Shown here piece after piece: positions 9,634-21,193 of a stretch of DNA of 49,625 nucleotides (position 1 is the stretch's first letter; every line of letters starts with the position of its first letter). Source of the stretch: Basidiobolus meristosporus CBS 931.73 (lineage: Eukaryota > Fungi > Basidiobolomycota); the NCBI GenBank assembly GCA_002104905.1, contig MCFE01000651.1, positions 1 through 49,625 of the forward strand, given 5' to 3'. Made by a program: the position numbers and the translations under genes. Under the pieces are notes generated by a model. The model was not told where the DNA came from. It made no database searches and saw nothing but the letters and a program-made list of their open reading frames with translations.

Positions 9634-10332
9634 ATGCTTTTCCGTATAACTGACCTCGCTATTCTGGGTGTACTTGCCGCCTCTGTAACAAGCAAGCCTC
9701 TGGACCCTAAGATTGGCACAAACGGATTACTTCCTCCTTTGACATACTCCCCCATTGTGGAGGAGTTTCCGCCTAACCTGCCATTCACAAGTGTAACACA
9801 TCAATGCCTGATCAATAGTATGAACTATCCTACTTGGTATTCGGCCGTGCTTTCCTCCGAAGCAGACTTGCAGTTCCTAGACTGGGAGTATCCAATGAAC
9901 GAAACTAATTACCAGGTTGATGATAGCGAGACCTCTGTGTCCCCTAACTCCATTCCCAACGGAGTCATGGGCTATTGTAACGGAGAGGATGGCGCCTATG
10001 GATCTACCTATCAGTTGTATTATCCAAAGATCAACCAATGCTACAACATATCGCCCAAGCCCAATGTGGGAGTCATGAATTTCAGTCCTTTCACTGAGAA
10101 TACTTTCTGCTTCTTCAGTGAGGCTAACTGCCGTGGAGAGCGTGTGTGTGTCTACCGAAGCCTATCAAATCCTAGCTCAGATGGATTGATTGTCCCAGCA
10201 ACTACCAATATGCTAAGCAACGGAATCCTCAGTACCTTGGCTTTGTCTCCCAAGCCAGCAGATGGATATGTTTCACCACTATGTAGTGTGATTAACCCTC
10301 CCAACACCCATCTTGAGAGGAGCCAGTGCTGA
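9634..10332 (+). CDS. Secreted protein F, unknown function, Cys-containing C-terminal domain
   Basis: 232-aa ORF with signal peptide, CpG-normal coding composition, and AATAAA downstream. Confidence 0.8.
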   Translation: MLFRITDLAILGVLAASVTSKPLDPKIGTNGLLPPLTYSPIVEEFPPNLPFTSVTHQCLINSMNYPTWYSAVLSSEADLQFLDWEYPMNETNYQVDDSETSVSPNSIPNGVMGYCNGEDGAYGSTYQLYYPKINQCYNISPKPNVGVMNFSPFTENTFCFFSEANCRGERVCVYRSLSNPSSDGLIVPATTNMLSNGILSTLALSPKPADGYVSPLCSVINPPNTHLERSQC

Positions 10333-10701
10333 AGTAAAGACTAGCACCAACATATAGATAATCAATAAACAGCAAATGAAATCCCACATGCACTGAAGCA
10401 ATAGCAAACGACAGTTATCTTAACGATAACCAACATCCATGACCCAATACCCTGTACACTACACACAATGTAACTTTCAAGACTAACGTAGTTAATAATA
10501 CCATGGTTAAATACTCAGCTTAAGTGGAGTGAGTGCTATTTAACCAAAATTATGCGATAATCGTCCAAGCGTGAACTACTAGCAGGTATAGTGACTTGCA
10601 GTGTCACGCCGGTTAATGACATTGGCAGTCAATGTCGATATGGAATCAGTTCATCTATACTTACAAACAATGCAAGCGCCGGACGAATCAGTATTATCTC
10701 A

Positions 10702-13700
10702 CATTACCTGGTCCAGCTTTTGTAATACCTCCGTGATTGCGTCACGTGTCAATAAAATTTTGCGTGCTCAATCACGATTCGATTCTTCCAAGTGGCAGTC
10801 TATACAGCTTCACGAATATTTAGCTACGTAAATAGCCAGACGACAGGTAACGTACATGTAAGCTGAAATCTAACTAGTCTGACAGTAAACGAAGCACTGT
10901 ACCTCGATAAGTGACTTTCTAAAGCCACGGAAGCAACGTATTTGAATCCTTCATCTCGCCGAAGACACTCAGCCCAAAAGTAGGTTCGTAACTAGAACGT
11001 AAAGATAATCAAAGCATAGGCGGTCATGTCTATCCCCCCCTGCTTGATGTGCATTACATAACACACCATGAAAGCCATCGTAGTTCTAACCAAAAATGGT
11101 CAGTATCTCAACTACTTGATAAGTGATCATCATCAAAAAAAATGATCATTTGCCAGAAATTTCGATCAATTTGTCATCCAGTTTCACGAGCCCATTATAT
11201 AACGTGACTCGATGAACCTGGTTTGGTATTCAGAACTAAATTACAATGCCAGCCAACCTTCCACGCAGAGCACTACTAGCCATCACCAGCTATAACGAGC
11301 CCTTCTACGCCAACGGCAGTAAAACCGGACTGTTTTACACCGAAGCATTGCATCCTTACGAAGCGCTTGTTGAGGCCGGGTTTGAGGTCGATTTTGCGTC
11401 CGAGACTGGTACCTACGGAGTGGATGAGCACTCCCTCTCTAAGGATTTCCTGTCCGAAGATGATCAAAAGGTGCTGGCCGACCCTTCACATCCTTTCAAT
11501 GTCAAGCTGAACTCGCAGCTTTACAAGGCGGAAGATCTCAACCCTGCTGACTACGGGCTGTTCTTTGCCTCTGCTGGCCACGCAACCCTGTGGGATTATC
11601 CTACAGCTCGTCACCTGCAGCATATTGCTGAAGACATTTATAAGCGCGGGGGTGTGGTTTCGGCTGTATGTCATGGACCCGCCATTCTCCCAGGTATTAT
11701 GGACAGTACCACTGGTAAGTCCATCATTGCTGGCAAAACGGTTACTGGGTTCACCACTGAGGGTGAGGAAATGCTAAATCTGCTTGAGCTGATCAAATCG
11801 GCCAATGTGGCTACAATCGAGGAAGGAGCAGCGGCGGTCGGGGCAGAGTATGTGGCACCCCCTACTCCTTTTGCCGACTTTACTCAGACTGATGGTCGTG
11901 TGGTCACTGGCGCTAACCCTGCAAGTGCCAAATCTACTGCGGTGAATGCTATCAAAGTGTTCTCGAGTCTTTGAGAGGCTGTCCATGTGTATAATATGTA
12001 ATCCTTGTTCATTGTAAAGAGAGCAACAACCTTCTATGCAAATAAAATAAGCAAATATAACGTACATAGTCATTGTATTGGTAGGTGAACTAACCCTAAG
12101 TACTACCATTGGGGGCTATAGCTTTGTTTACCCTAAACCAACTAATGCAGAGTATGATCAGGTCAAGTGGAACGGTATGCATTTAACCAAAACTTGAGGA
12201 TAGTAACTAGAGCGAGTACAGTCATATCTAGTGATGGGGATTAAGTGTCAATGTTCCTACTTCTTACCGAACAAAATGATATTATCTCATACTTTTGATG
12301 CCGCCTATCAGGGTTAGAGTGAAGGCCTCCCAAGATATCTTGAAGAACCTCAAAAGTGCCATATCCTACCTCACCACCTTAGACGAGGTCAACCTCCAGA
12401 GGATTGATGCATTTGGTATTAGTGCCACTCAATCCAGTACTTGGCTCTTATGAATTATCTAACCTTTCCTACCTGCTATCGTAGAATGTACATTAGTTAA
12501 GAAACTACATCAGTAGTATATGGCTTTCAACCTTTCTAGCCTCAACTACAACATTTACGTCCTAATCTGCCTACTTGGTCCCGAGATTAGGCTGGTATGA
12601 AGTTTAAGTTTGATGGAAAAAGGAAATTGAAATCTTTGCTTACTTTATCTTCCAGTGAGACAGGGTAATATGTGTGTGTTTCTTTGCATAGTCCAAGTTG
12701 AGATCATGGCGGTTTTGTTATGGAGCAACAACCCTAATCACAAAAATGAAAACACACACAAAGATCTACAGTTTGATACTCCTTGACAATGCTGCCTACT
12801 TGGTCAAGTACAGTGGTAATAATTGAGTGATATATACTCCGGGGATAGTGGTAATTTCGACCTATAAAATATCAAGCGCTGTAACATTGAAACATGCATT
12901 TCATATTCCGCTATTTTCCCATGTTTGCAACCTGAGCCAAGACAAGAGTTGTGTATGCATGCATGCAAATTGTATGGAATGTGTTTCCTGTGGAAGATAA
13001 GAATAATATTATCAACAGATTGATAGACAGGCCTGCTTTGTTCAGGTACCAAGGATGTCAGAAGTCAATTAGTGGCTCATAACTCTGAGGAATTACGCTA
13101 TTACACATCTATGGTAGTTACTCCATTAATATTTTAATGATTAATTGGCTTGTTTACATCTTTTATACAGAAACCTTCGCTTTCACCAACTTTTCCGAAA
13201 ACTTCTACAACTCCTCCTGCAGTTGCTCATCCCCGGCATAAGCACTGGGTTGGATTTCGTTTGCAATCGGGATAAAGCACCACTTATACAAGATTGGTTG
13301 GCAGACTTGGCAGAATTTTGGAATGTTCGAAGGGATTTCCTGCTTTACGTGAGAATCACTGCGTTGTTGAAGTCGACGAAGATGTTTCTATCACATCTTG
13401 AATTACGTATGGAATCGAGTTTGCCAAAAGCCCAAGAGGTTGTATCTTATTGGAGGGAAGACCCACAAGCTGATCCAAGCTAGTGGATCGCTACATGAAA
13501 CCTACCCGGTTGGGAATTTACTCTGTGGGTCTAAGCACTGAGTGAAATGTGGTATTATCTCAGATCTGACATCCACAGCATTACCTGTTCCAGCCTTTGT
13601 AATACCTCCGTGATTGCGTCACGTGTCAATAAAATTTTGCGTGCTCAATCACGATTCGATTCTTCCAAGTGGCAGTCTATACAGCTTCACGAATATTTAG

Positions 13701-14190
13701 CTACGTAAATAGCCAGACGACAGGTAACGTACATGTAAGCTGAAATCTAACTAGTCTGACAGTAAACGAAGCACTGTACCTCGATAAGTGACTTTCTAAA
13801 GCCACGGAAGCAACGTATTTGAATCCTTCATCTCCCCGAAGCCACTCAGCCCAAAAGTAGGTTCGTAACTAGAACGTAAAGATAATCAAAGCATAGGCGG
13901 TCATGTCTATCCCCCCCTGCTTGATGTGCATTACATAACACACCATGAAAGCCATCGTAGTTCTAACCAAAAATGGTCAGTATCTCAACTACTTGATAAG
14001 TGATCATCATCAAAAAAAATGATCATTTGCCAGAAATTTCGATCAATTTGTCATCCAGTTTCACGAGCCCATTATATAACGTGACTCGATGAACCTGGTT
14101 TGGTATTCAGAACTAAATTACAATGCCAGCCAACCTTCCACGCAGAGCACTACTAGCCATCACCAGCTATAACGAGCCCTTCTACGCCAA
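10702..14190. repeat. Near-identical 612-bp direct repeat pair (10702-11313 and 13579-14190): promoter plus first 22 codons of both Hsp31-like genes
   Basis: About 4 mismatches by eye at a constant offset of 2877. Confidence 0.9.
11246..11974 (+). CDS. HSP31: DJ-1/PfpI family, Hsp31-like glutathione-independent glyoxalase, copy 1
   Basis: TGLFYTEALHP (catalytic Glu), FFASAGHA, nucleophile elbow AVCHGP, VTGANPASA. Confidence 0.93.
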   Translation: MPANLPRRALLAITSYNEPFYANGSKTGLFYTEALHPYEALVEAGFEVDFASETGTYGVDEHSLSKDFLSEDDQKVLADPSHPFNVKLNSQLYKAEDLNPADYGLFFASAGHATLWDYPTARHLQHIAEDIYKRGGVVSAVCHGPAILPGIMDSTTGKSIIAGKTVTGFTTEGEEMLNLLELIKSANVATIEEGAAAVGAEYVAPPTPFADFTQTDGRVVTGANPASAKSTAVNAIKVFSSL

Positions 14191-14851
14191 TGGTAGTAAG
14201 ACTGGACTTTTCTATACGGAAGCATTGCATCCTTACGAAGCGCTTGTTGAGGCCGGGTTCGAGGTTGACTTCGCCTCCGAGACTGGTACCTACGGAGTCG
14301 ATGAGCACTCCTTGTCGAAAGACTTTCTCTCCGAGGATGATCAAAAGGTGCTGAACGACCCTTCACATCCATTCAATGTCAAACTGAACTCACATCTTCG
14401 CAAGGCGTCGGACCTCAACCCTGCTGACTATGGCCTATTCTTTGCCTCTGCCGGGCACGCGACCTTGTGGGATTACCCTACGGCTCGTGGCCTACAGCAT
14501 ATTGCCGAGGACATATACAAGCGTGGAGGTGTTGTTTCAGCTGTGTGTCATGGACCAGCCATTCTCCCAGGCATCGTTGACAGCACCACAGGCAAATCCA
14601 TCATTGCTGGCAAGAAGGTCACCGGGTTCACCACGGAGGGTGAGGTGATGCTTAGCCTGCTTGATATTATCAAATCAGCCAATGTGGCTACAATCGAAGA
14701 AGGAGCGGCCGCTGTTGGAGCCGAGTATGTGGCACCCCCCACTCCGTTTGCCGATTTTACACAAACTGACGGCCGAGTTGTCACTGGAGCTAACCCAGCA
14801 AGCGCACGATCCACCGCTGAGGATGCCATCAAGGTGTTCTCGAGCCTCTAA
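14123..14851 (+). CDS. HSP31: DJ-1/PfpI family, Hsp31-like glyoxalase, copy 2
   Basis: Same motifs; I count 14 aa differences from copy 1. Confidence 0.93.
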   Translation: MPANLPRRALLAITSYNEPFYANGSKTGLFYTEALHPYEALVEAGFEVDFASETGTYGVDEHSLSKDFLSEDDQKVLNDPSHPFNVKLNSHLRKASDLNPADYGLFFASAGHATLWDYPTARGLQHIAEDIYKRGGVVSAVCHGPAILPGIVDSTTGKSIIAGKKVTGFTTEGEVMLSLLDIIKSANVATIEEGAAAVGAEYVAPPTPFADFTQTDGRVVTGANPASARSTAEDAIKVFSSL

Positions 14852-16204
14852 AGGGCAATATCTGTGTATAGAAGTAGATAGGCATTCAATAAATTTCTTA
14901 ATTAACTCTCAATACTGTCTACATTGGTACTTCATGTTTAAAGATTTCTGCATCTGGTGATGGTAAAGCTATTGGATGCTATGGAGTATCAAAAAAAATC
15001 CTCTGGCTTCTTGTTGCCGCGTTGTACTTTTGCATTTTCTACAATGCAGAGAGGACTAGCGGAAATGTCATGTGTATTCGGAGAGCTGAGAAACTGTGAA
15101 AGTTAAAGACTTTTCCCAGTCTTTCTAAAGGATTTTATAGAGATGACTCTAGCAAAGGAGCCACAAGACATCATCAATGCTATCATTATGATTGATTAGT
15201 TAGCAGTGTTTGGAGTCCATGGATATGACCAGTTGTGGTGTAAAGCACAACATACTCTCACACTTGCAGCGTGCGTTTATCTTAAGGAGCCTGTTTGTCA
15301 GACTTTTGAGTTTGCCAACTATAGTTCTCTGAATTTCACTACTTGGAGAGTGTCACTGTTGATCATTTTATCTTGCCTGGCCTGTCTACTGGCTGAAGCA
15401 TGTAGAAATATATTTTTCTTGCTTGCTACTTCCACTATAGATAAGACCATTGGGATTACTCTTGACCACATCCGCGCACTTGCTTCCACGCCAATTGTGC
15501 AAGAGAACAACACCACAGAGATGAAGAATCCATGTGATGGCTTTCCTGTTTGTAATCCCGCATGGTTCTCTAGGGAGGTGGTGTCTGGACAAGCCCCTTC
15601 AGCCAAAAGGCCATTGAGGATAGCGATGTAGCCAATGGTGCTTATCACACATCCAAAGTTTAGGCAGTGTGCAAACATTGAGCATAACGGAAGCCATCTA
15701 TTGCTTTCATGGCAAGTCCCACTGTTTTGGAGAGCGAGTTTGCATGATCCCACATGGCCCTGGCTCTTAATATAACACAATCATCCCTGCCGTCTCCGCT
15801 CTCATTAACACCGCCATTGCCAATACCTTCAAAATCACAGCTTCCAGCCCCATTTCCGTTATTGCCACCATTGCTAACCCCTCCGCTCCCACCATCACTA
15901 CCGCCGCTACTGTTACCAGTATCAAAAGCACCACTACCACAACTACCATTCCTATTATCACCACTGCTACCGCTATTTCCATTGCCAGCGCCGCCACCTC
16001 ATAGTTTTAGACATCAAGGCCTTTTCCTCCGCATTATTTAAGCAGGCTCTGTTACATGGCTACGTACAATTGACCAATGGATGACTGAAACTAATTTTAT
16101 GCAATATATGATACCTGTTGCTTGACTAGCATGCAGTTAGTGTCACGAATAAAAAAATGGTTACTTGAATGGCATTGAGAAAGTAATAGAAGTGTGGCAA
16201 CTTT

Positions 16205-16620
16205 GTGAGGGAATCCCCCATCCAGTCATGCAGCTTTCCTTCCTCTTGCTTGTTGCAGCAATCATATCTTTATGAATCTCAGGTATCTCACATCAACAAC
16301 CTATGTGCTGAGCAGTTAGGAGCTTGTTATCAGAAGGAAGTGGCTTCCAACACAGAATACAAATCCTTGACTGAGAATGAAGGCAACTTAGATATGAGTG
16401 ATTGAATTATAATAAGTAAAGTTATAAAGAATTGGCATTTTTAATGGCTGCTTTTTCAGTAAGGCCAATGCATTATTGAACCTTGAGTAGTTTGACAAAG
16501 CATAGGCCATCAATTAGACCCTCCATCTACCCATCATGAATGTAAGTGATTTGCTTGGTGGTTATACTCTGACCTGCCAGCCTCATGTGCTTCAAAGTCA
16601 TTAAGAACCGTTGCTGAGTA
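16205..16620 (+). pseudogene. Old family A pseudogene
   Basis: CAGTCATGCAGCTTTCCTTCCTCTTGC, GCTTGTTATCAG and GCCAATGC..TTTGAC blocks are collinear with family A; multiple stops. Confidence 0.7.
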
Positions 16621-19168
16621 TTGCATAGAACAATGCACCTCAATATGGCTTCATGTTACTGTGTGCTATTTGCCAGCTTTTGCTCCCTTAATAAATGAGT
16701 AAACAACTGAGTTCCATACCAATCACACACAAGTATGAAGGCAGCAAGTGCAGCTAAGATATCAACATTGTGAATGCACATTCAAATCTACCACTACATG
16801 CATATACAGAGAGCTTGGAAGGCAGGATTTCCAGCCATTCTCATCTGGCCTATGCACCCATATATAGCACCTCTAGGCCACATCAAGGAGTCAGCTTGTA
16901 ATTCCCAAGTTCATACTGGTGTATATGTTTTGCTTCAAATGTTGTTTCTATTTACCAAAGTGTTATTGTGTAGCTAAAGTGGCATAGTAGCTTTCCTCTT
17001 CACTGAATACTTGCATCTTAAATTGAAACTATTGGTTAATGACCAAGCAATACAGTTCTACTATTGTTGGTATATATTGGTGACTATTTATAGTTTGATC
17101 AATATGGTATTATTTATGCTATACATAAATCACTTTTAGTCAGCATACACACATATTTTGAAGAGTATTACCAACATGCACTGGAACTAAAGCATCTCAC
17201 TCATTGCAATGTTATATAAAATCAAGGAGTGCCCAGCATCCTGAAGGAGCCCAACACTCAATACAATATGCCTAATTCACCAGTTTGCATGAGTATTCAT
17301 ACCTTGTGCACCATCAAGATTCTCAAGGATACATTGAATTCACCATAATATAGATGGGCTAGTCTTTATGAGTAATGATGAAAGGCTGCTATGTATTGGT
17401 AATATCCATGATAAGTTTTGAAGGAATGTCTAAAATTGCTGACAAAGGCAGTTAAACTTTATGTGAGCAATTTTGACAAATGCTATCAGTTTGTTGCAGG
17501 ATTCTTGGAGATATTGGAGTTTACTGAGTGAGTAAGTAGATTATTTAGCATTCACTCAATGATATGTTGTAAGTAAAAGTAGTATTTGTACTTTTGGACA
17601 CTTTTTGCAAGACAAGCATGTAAAATATGCTTAGGAATGTTGCAAGAGTATGTGTGCAAAGTTTGGGGCTGTATTGGCTACTTGGAGACATTTCATTTCC
17701 TAAGTGCCTGTACTTTTGGGTGGAGCTATTTCAAGTGAACCCCAACAAGAAGCTTGGTTGGAGCTCTCTTAGACTTGTAGGCTATAATCTAAGTGATCAA
17801 GTTAGGTGGATGTTTAGGTGTAATTACAAAATTTACCATGTAATGTGTTTGATGTAGGCAATAGTTTTGTGTGCTTGAATATCAAGTTCATTGTCTTGGG
17901 CATACATTAGAAGACACAATGTAATATGCATGGAGCTCTGGGCCCAGTATACTTTGTCAGGAGTATAACTGCAGCTTCAGTGATCCAACCAAAAAGCACC
18001 TATATAGTACACCCAGCCCTCCATTTGGTTTTTGATATTACCATATCCTATTCTCATCTACTGCCTTTTGGTTCAGTCCAATCTTGACTATATAAGCTCC
18101 CAAGCTTCTGGTCTAGCAAATTTCTGGTTGAGGCAGAGAGATGATGGTGAAGAAAATGCTGTGTACCTGAATCATAAGCATTGTCACTGTCAAAACTTAA
18201 TTGTTCATATATGGTTAGAACTGATTAACAGAGTCAAAAAATCTTTTAATAGGTTCATTGTCTCATCATGGTAATGGCAAATGCCAAATGTTGACCTCTA
18301 AGTGCTCACTCAACTCAAGTGACCCCGGTGAAGCGGTACCAATGCAGTGCCCTTGTCTCCCCAAGAGAGTCTAAAATGCAATCCTGAACAAGGAGTGAAG
18401 GAACATACTGCGGGCCTTTACATCAAGAAATTGGCCAAGATTGACTTCATTACCCTGAATTTCAATGCCGCCAACCAAGGCAAGAATGAAGGCCTCAACC
18501 ACAGAGTGGAGGACTTCAATCTAGCTATCTTGGATGAGGCTGATACCTCTGCATCAGGAGGATATGCTACCTGTGCCGTATAAACTTATTTCATGGGGAG
18601 AAGCTATGTCGTTTATTCAACGACTTGCCAGAGGCAAAGAGTGTGGCGCCTTCCCTGCTTAGAGATGGAACATGGGTACCAAAGGGCTCGTATATCAAAC
18701 CTTCATTCAGGCAAGCTACACTGATAAATCAATTGTGGGAATCCAGGTTTTCGAGTGTATTGGCACAGTCAATGCCGAACACATATAACTAATCAAAAGT
18801 GCGTATATTGCAACAAGAAAGTCCAAGGTAACCTCAACTAATCCCTGTACTATCCGCTCAATATTGTCGACTCTTGACAAACAACAAATAAATTTATTCA
18901 CACGAGTACTCTAAGCCAACCGGGTTAAATCAATCTATCTTGCATAATGCTATGAACGAAGCCTAATTGAATGGGATTGAGAAGGTGATATAAATCGGGA
19001 AAGCTCCGCGTAGATGCGTAGAAGATTGTATATCAACGACTGAACCAGCTTTACGACCAATCAAAGGATTATTGCAATTATGGGTGCAAACAAGAACCAT
19101 CCTCAAAAAAGCAAAGCAATATCCGCTAGTTGTTAGGAGTGACCATTCAAGAAACACTTAACGACAAA

Positions 19169-19826
19169 ATGCTTTTCAGAAATATCCTCTTAGCCGGCAT
19201 CCTCTTTTGCCGCTCCTCTTGACCGCGACCAGCCCAGTATTACGGCAACCCCCGTGTATGTGGAGCTTTATAAAAACGTAAATGCATGTAGTGAAGAATT
19301 TCCATCCTCACTCAAGGCCATTCCCGCTGGTAAGGAAGTGAGGTTTGCGGAATGTGTGAAGATGATCCAGGAGTTTACTCAAAGCCTAGGAGCACCGAGC
19401 AATAGTGTGGCAAAGCGTGCTCTTGACGTATTTTTTGATGCCCTGGATCGCTTTGAGCAGACAGCAAAAAGCTCAAACCTCGTCTGTGGGATTACTAAGC
19501 AAAAAGGCGGCAAGGATATTTGCGGCTGTAACAATGGCTACTGCTGGAGAAGGGTAAGTTGCCATGGAATTTCCTGTACAGAAACAGTAACTTACAAGGT
19601 ATTCAGTGCCATGGAGGAGTAGGGATTATCTCGTTTGGCATTGGATATGTAGCAAAGTGCACCAGAGTGGTGTTACATCAACAATATTCAAAGGTTTAGT
19701 AAGTTTGCATTCTTACTGACGCTAAAGTCTTTTTGCAGTGGCTCCGAATATCAGACATGCACCAAGGACTCGGACTGCGTTTTTGACAACACTAATTGCG
19801 CCAAGAACTACTGTGCCCTCTTTTAA
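19169..19826 (+). pseudogene. Family E copy 2: frameshifted signal peptide but complete Cys-rich 3' exons
   Basis: Deletion gives an early TGA. GTAAGT donors at 19554 and ~19699, CAG acceptor at ~19738. Last exon GSEYQTCTKDSDCVFDNTNCAKNYCALF*. Confidence 0.75.
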
Positions 19827-20063
19827 GCATCACTCTTCCCAACGTCTACATTCTCATTGTCTACTGCTAGCTTTATACTATAAAGCACTTGGTTGAAATT
19901 AAATGCTGATTACTATTTCGTGTATGCACTGGCTCACATTTTTTGAGAAGTAGCAAACGGCGAGGCACCCAGGTTAAATTAATCTAGCTCGCATAAAGCT
20001 AATTGTGTGGGATCGAGAAGGTGATATAAATCGGGAGAGACCGCATGACTTCACCAGTCAGTC

Positions 20064-20510
20064 ATGCAGCCTTTCTTCCTCTTACTAGTTTCCGCCATCG
20101 CTTCACTGCAAGCAATCTCCGCTACCCCACTTGGTGGCTCCCAGGTAGCCTTCACCAGTGAGCCATGCGTCGAACAACTGGGTACTTGTTATCAGGACAC
20201 TTAGGCCCCCAGTCAAGAACACCAGCCGTCAACAGAGGAGGTGGATGATTCGGAGATGAGTGGGCCAAAGCAAACGAGCCAGACTTCGGGTTGCAAGGGT
20301 TTGACATTTCAAATTTACAACCATCCCAAGCCTTACTGGACAACATCAATGGTCATTCTGCCAGTAAAGCCAATGCCTTGTCCAACTCAAATCAGTTCGA
20401 TCAGGCGCAAGTCATTGATCAAACCCTCTACAAATTATCATCACTCAGCCAGCAGTAGAGGTGGGTACAAGAAGTATAAGAGATCTGCTCGTCGCCACTT
20501 CAAAGATACT
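20064..20510 (+). pseudogene. Family A pseudogene
   Basis: Collinear with 7832-8362; frameshifts, an in-frame TAG and deletions. Confidence 0.85.
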
Positions 20511-20723
20511 CCAGAAAATCATGGTGAGTTCCACAAAATACTGGAAGAAAATTGAAAAAATAACGAGTGAAGGGAATGCAAAATACCGATGGTACTCAAA
20601 AAGTATAATAATTGTGTGAGTAATGACCTGATTAATCCATGAAATATATAACCCTAAGCAATTTTCCCAGCTAACCCATATTGTATGCTATACAACAGCC
20701 CACAAATACGTTATTCGCTCCAC

Positions 20724-21193
20724 ATGCGCTTTATTACTGTAGGCCTTGCCGCGAATCAAGTTGCCGTTGCTGTTCTTCTTCATGCACTCGCGAGTATAGA
20801 AGGGTTCATTATCGCAGTTTACCATGTGTACAGTATGCGACCGATTACCACCAAAACGTTCGAGTTTTGCCTGTTTTTAAGACACCCAATGTCCGATCCC
20901 CGTTATTGCGTCAGGTTTTCACCATCGTGACCAGAAAGCAAGATAGCCTGAGCATTGCTAATGCCAACAGCAATAAGGGCTTCAATGTCAAGTATCAAGC
21001 AGGGCCCAGCCTTAAACTGGAGGGTCGGGGCAACGCATTAGTATATGCCAAGCAAAAGGACTATAGTTCTTTCTCTCCCTACGTTCTGATGCAGCCCACC
21101 CAAGATGTACAGTACACAACCCCAGTAACAGAGACACAATGTGTGAAAGAACAAAATATTCAATACACTCATTGTGCTGACAATTGCGCCTAA
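20724..21193 (+). pseudogene. Family B, frameshifted after the signal peptide
   Basis: Signal peptide and mature region are in different frames; ends CADNCA*. Confidence 0.8.

Noticed and set aside
13145-13483. 112-aa ORF between the Hsp31-like genes
   Set aside because: No ATG start, no recognisable motif, no paralog in the window.
11276-14960. Antisense and alternative-frame ORFs over the Hsp31-like genes
   Set aside because: Shadow ORFs of GC-balanced coding sequence; the same applies to ORFs overlapping A, B, C and defensin genes.
17200-18270. Possible Mutator-like transposase relic (minus strand)
   Set aside because: Only faint motif resemblance amid many stops; no TIR or TSD found. 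Noted only as CpG-free DNA.
18347-18583. ORF with AILDEAD (Walker B/DEAD-like)
   Set aside because: No Walker A or other helicase motifs; short ORF without ATG support.
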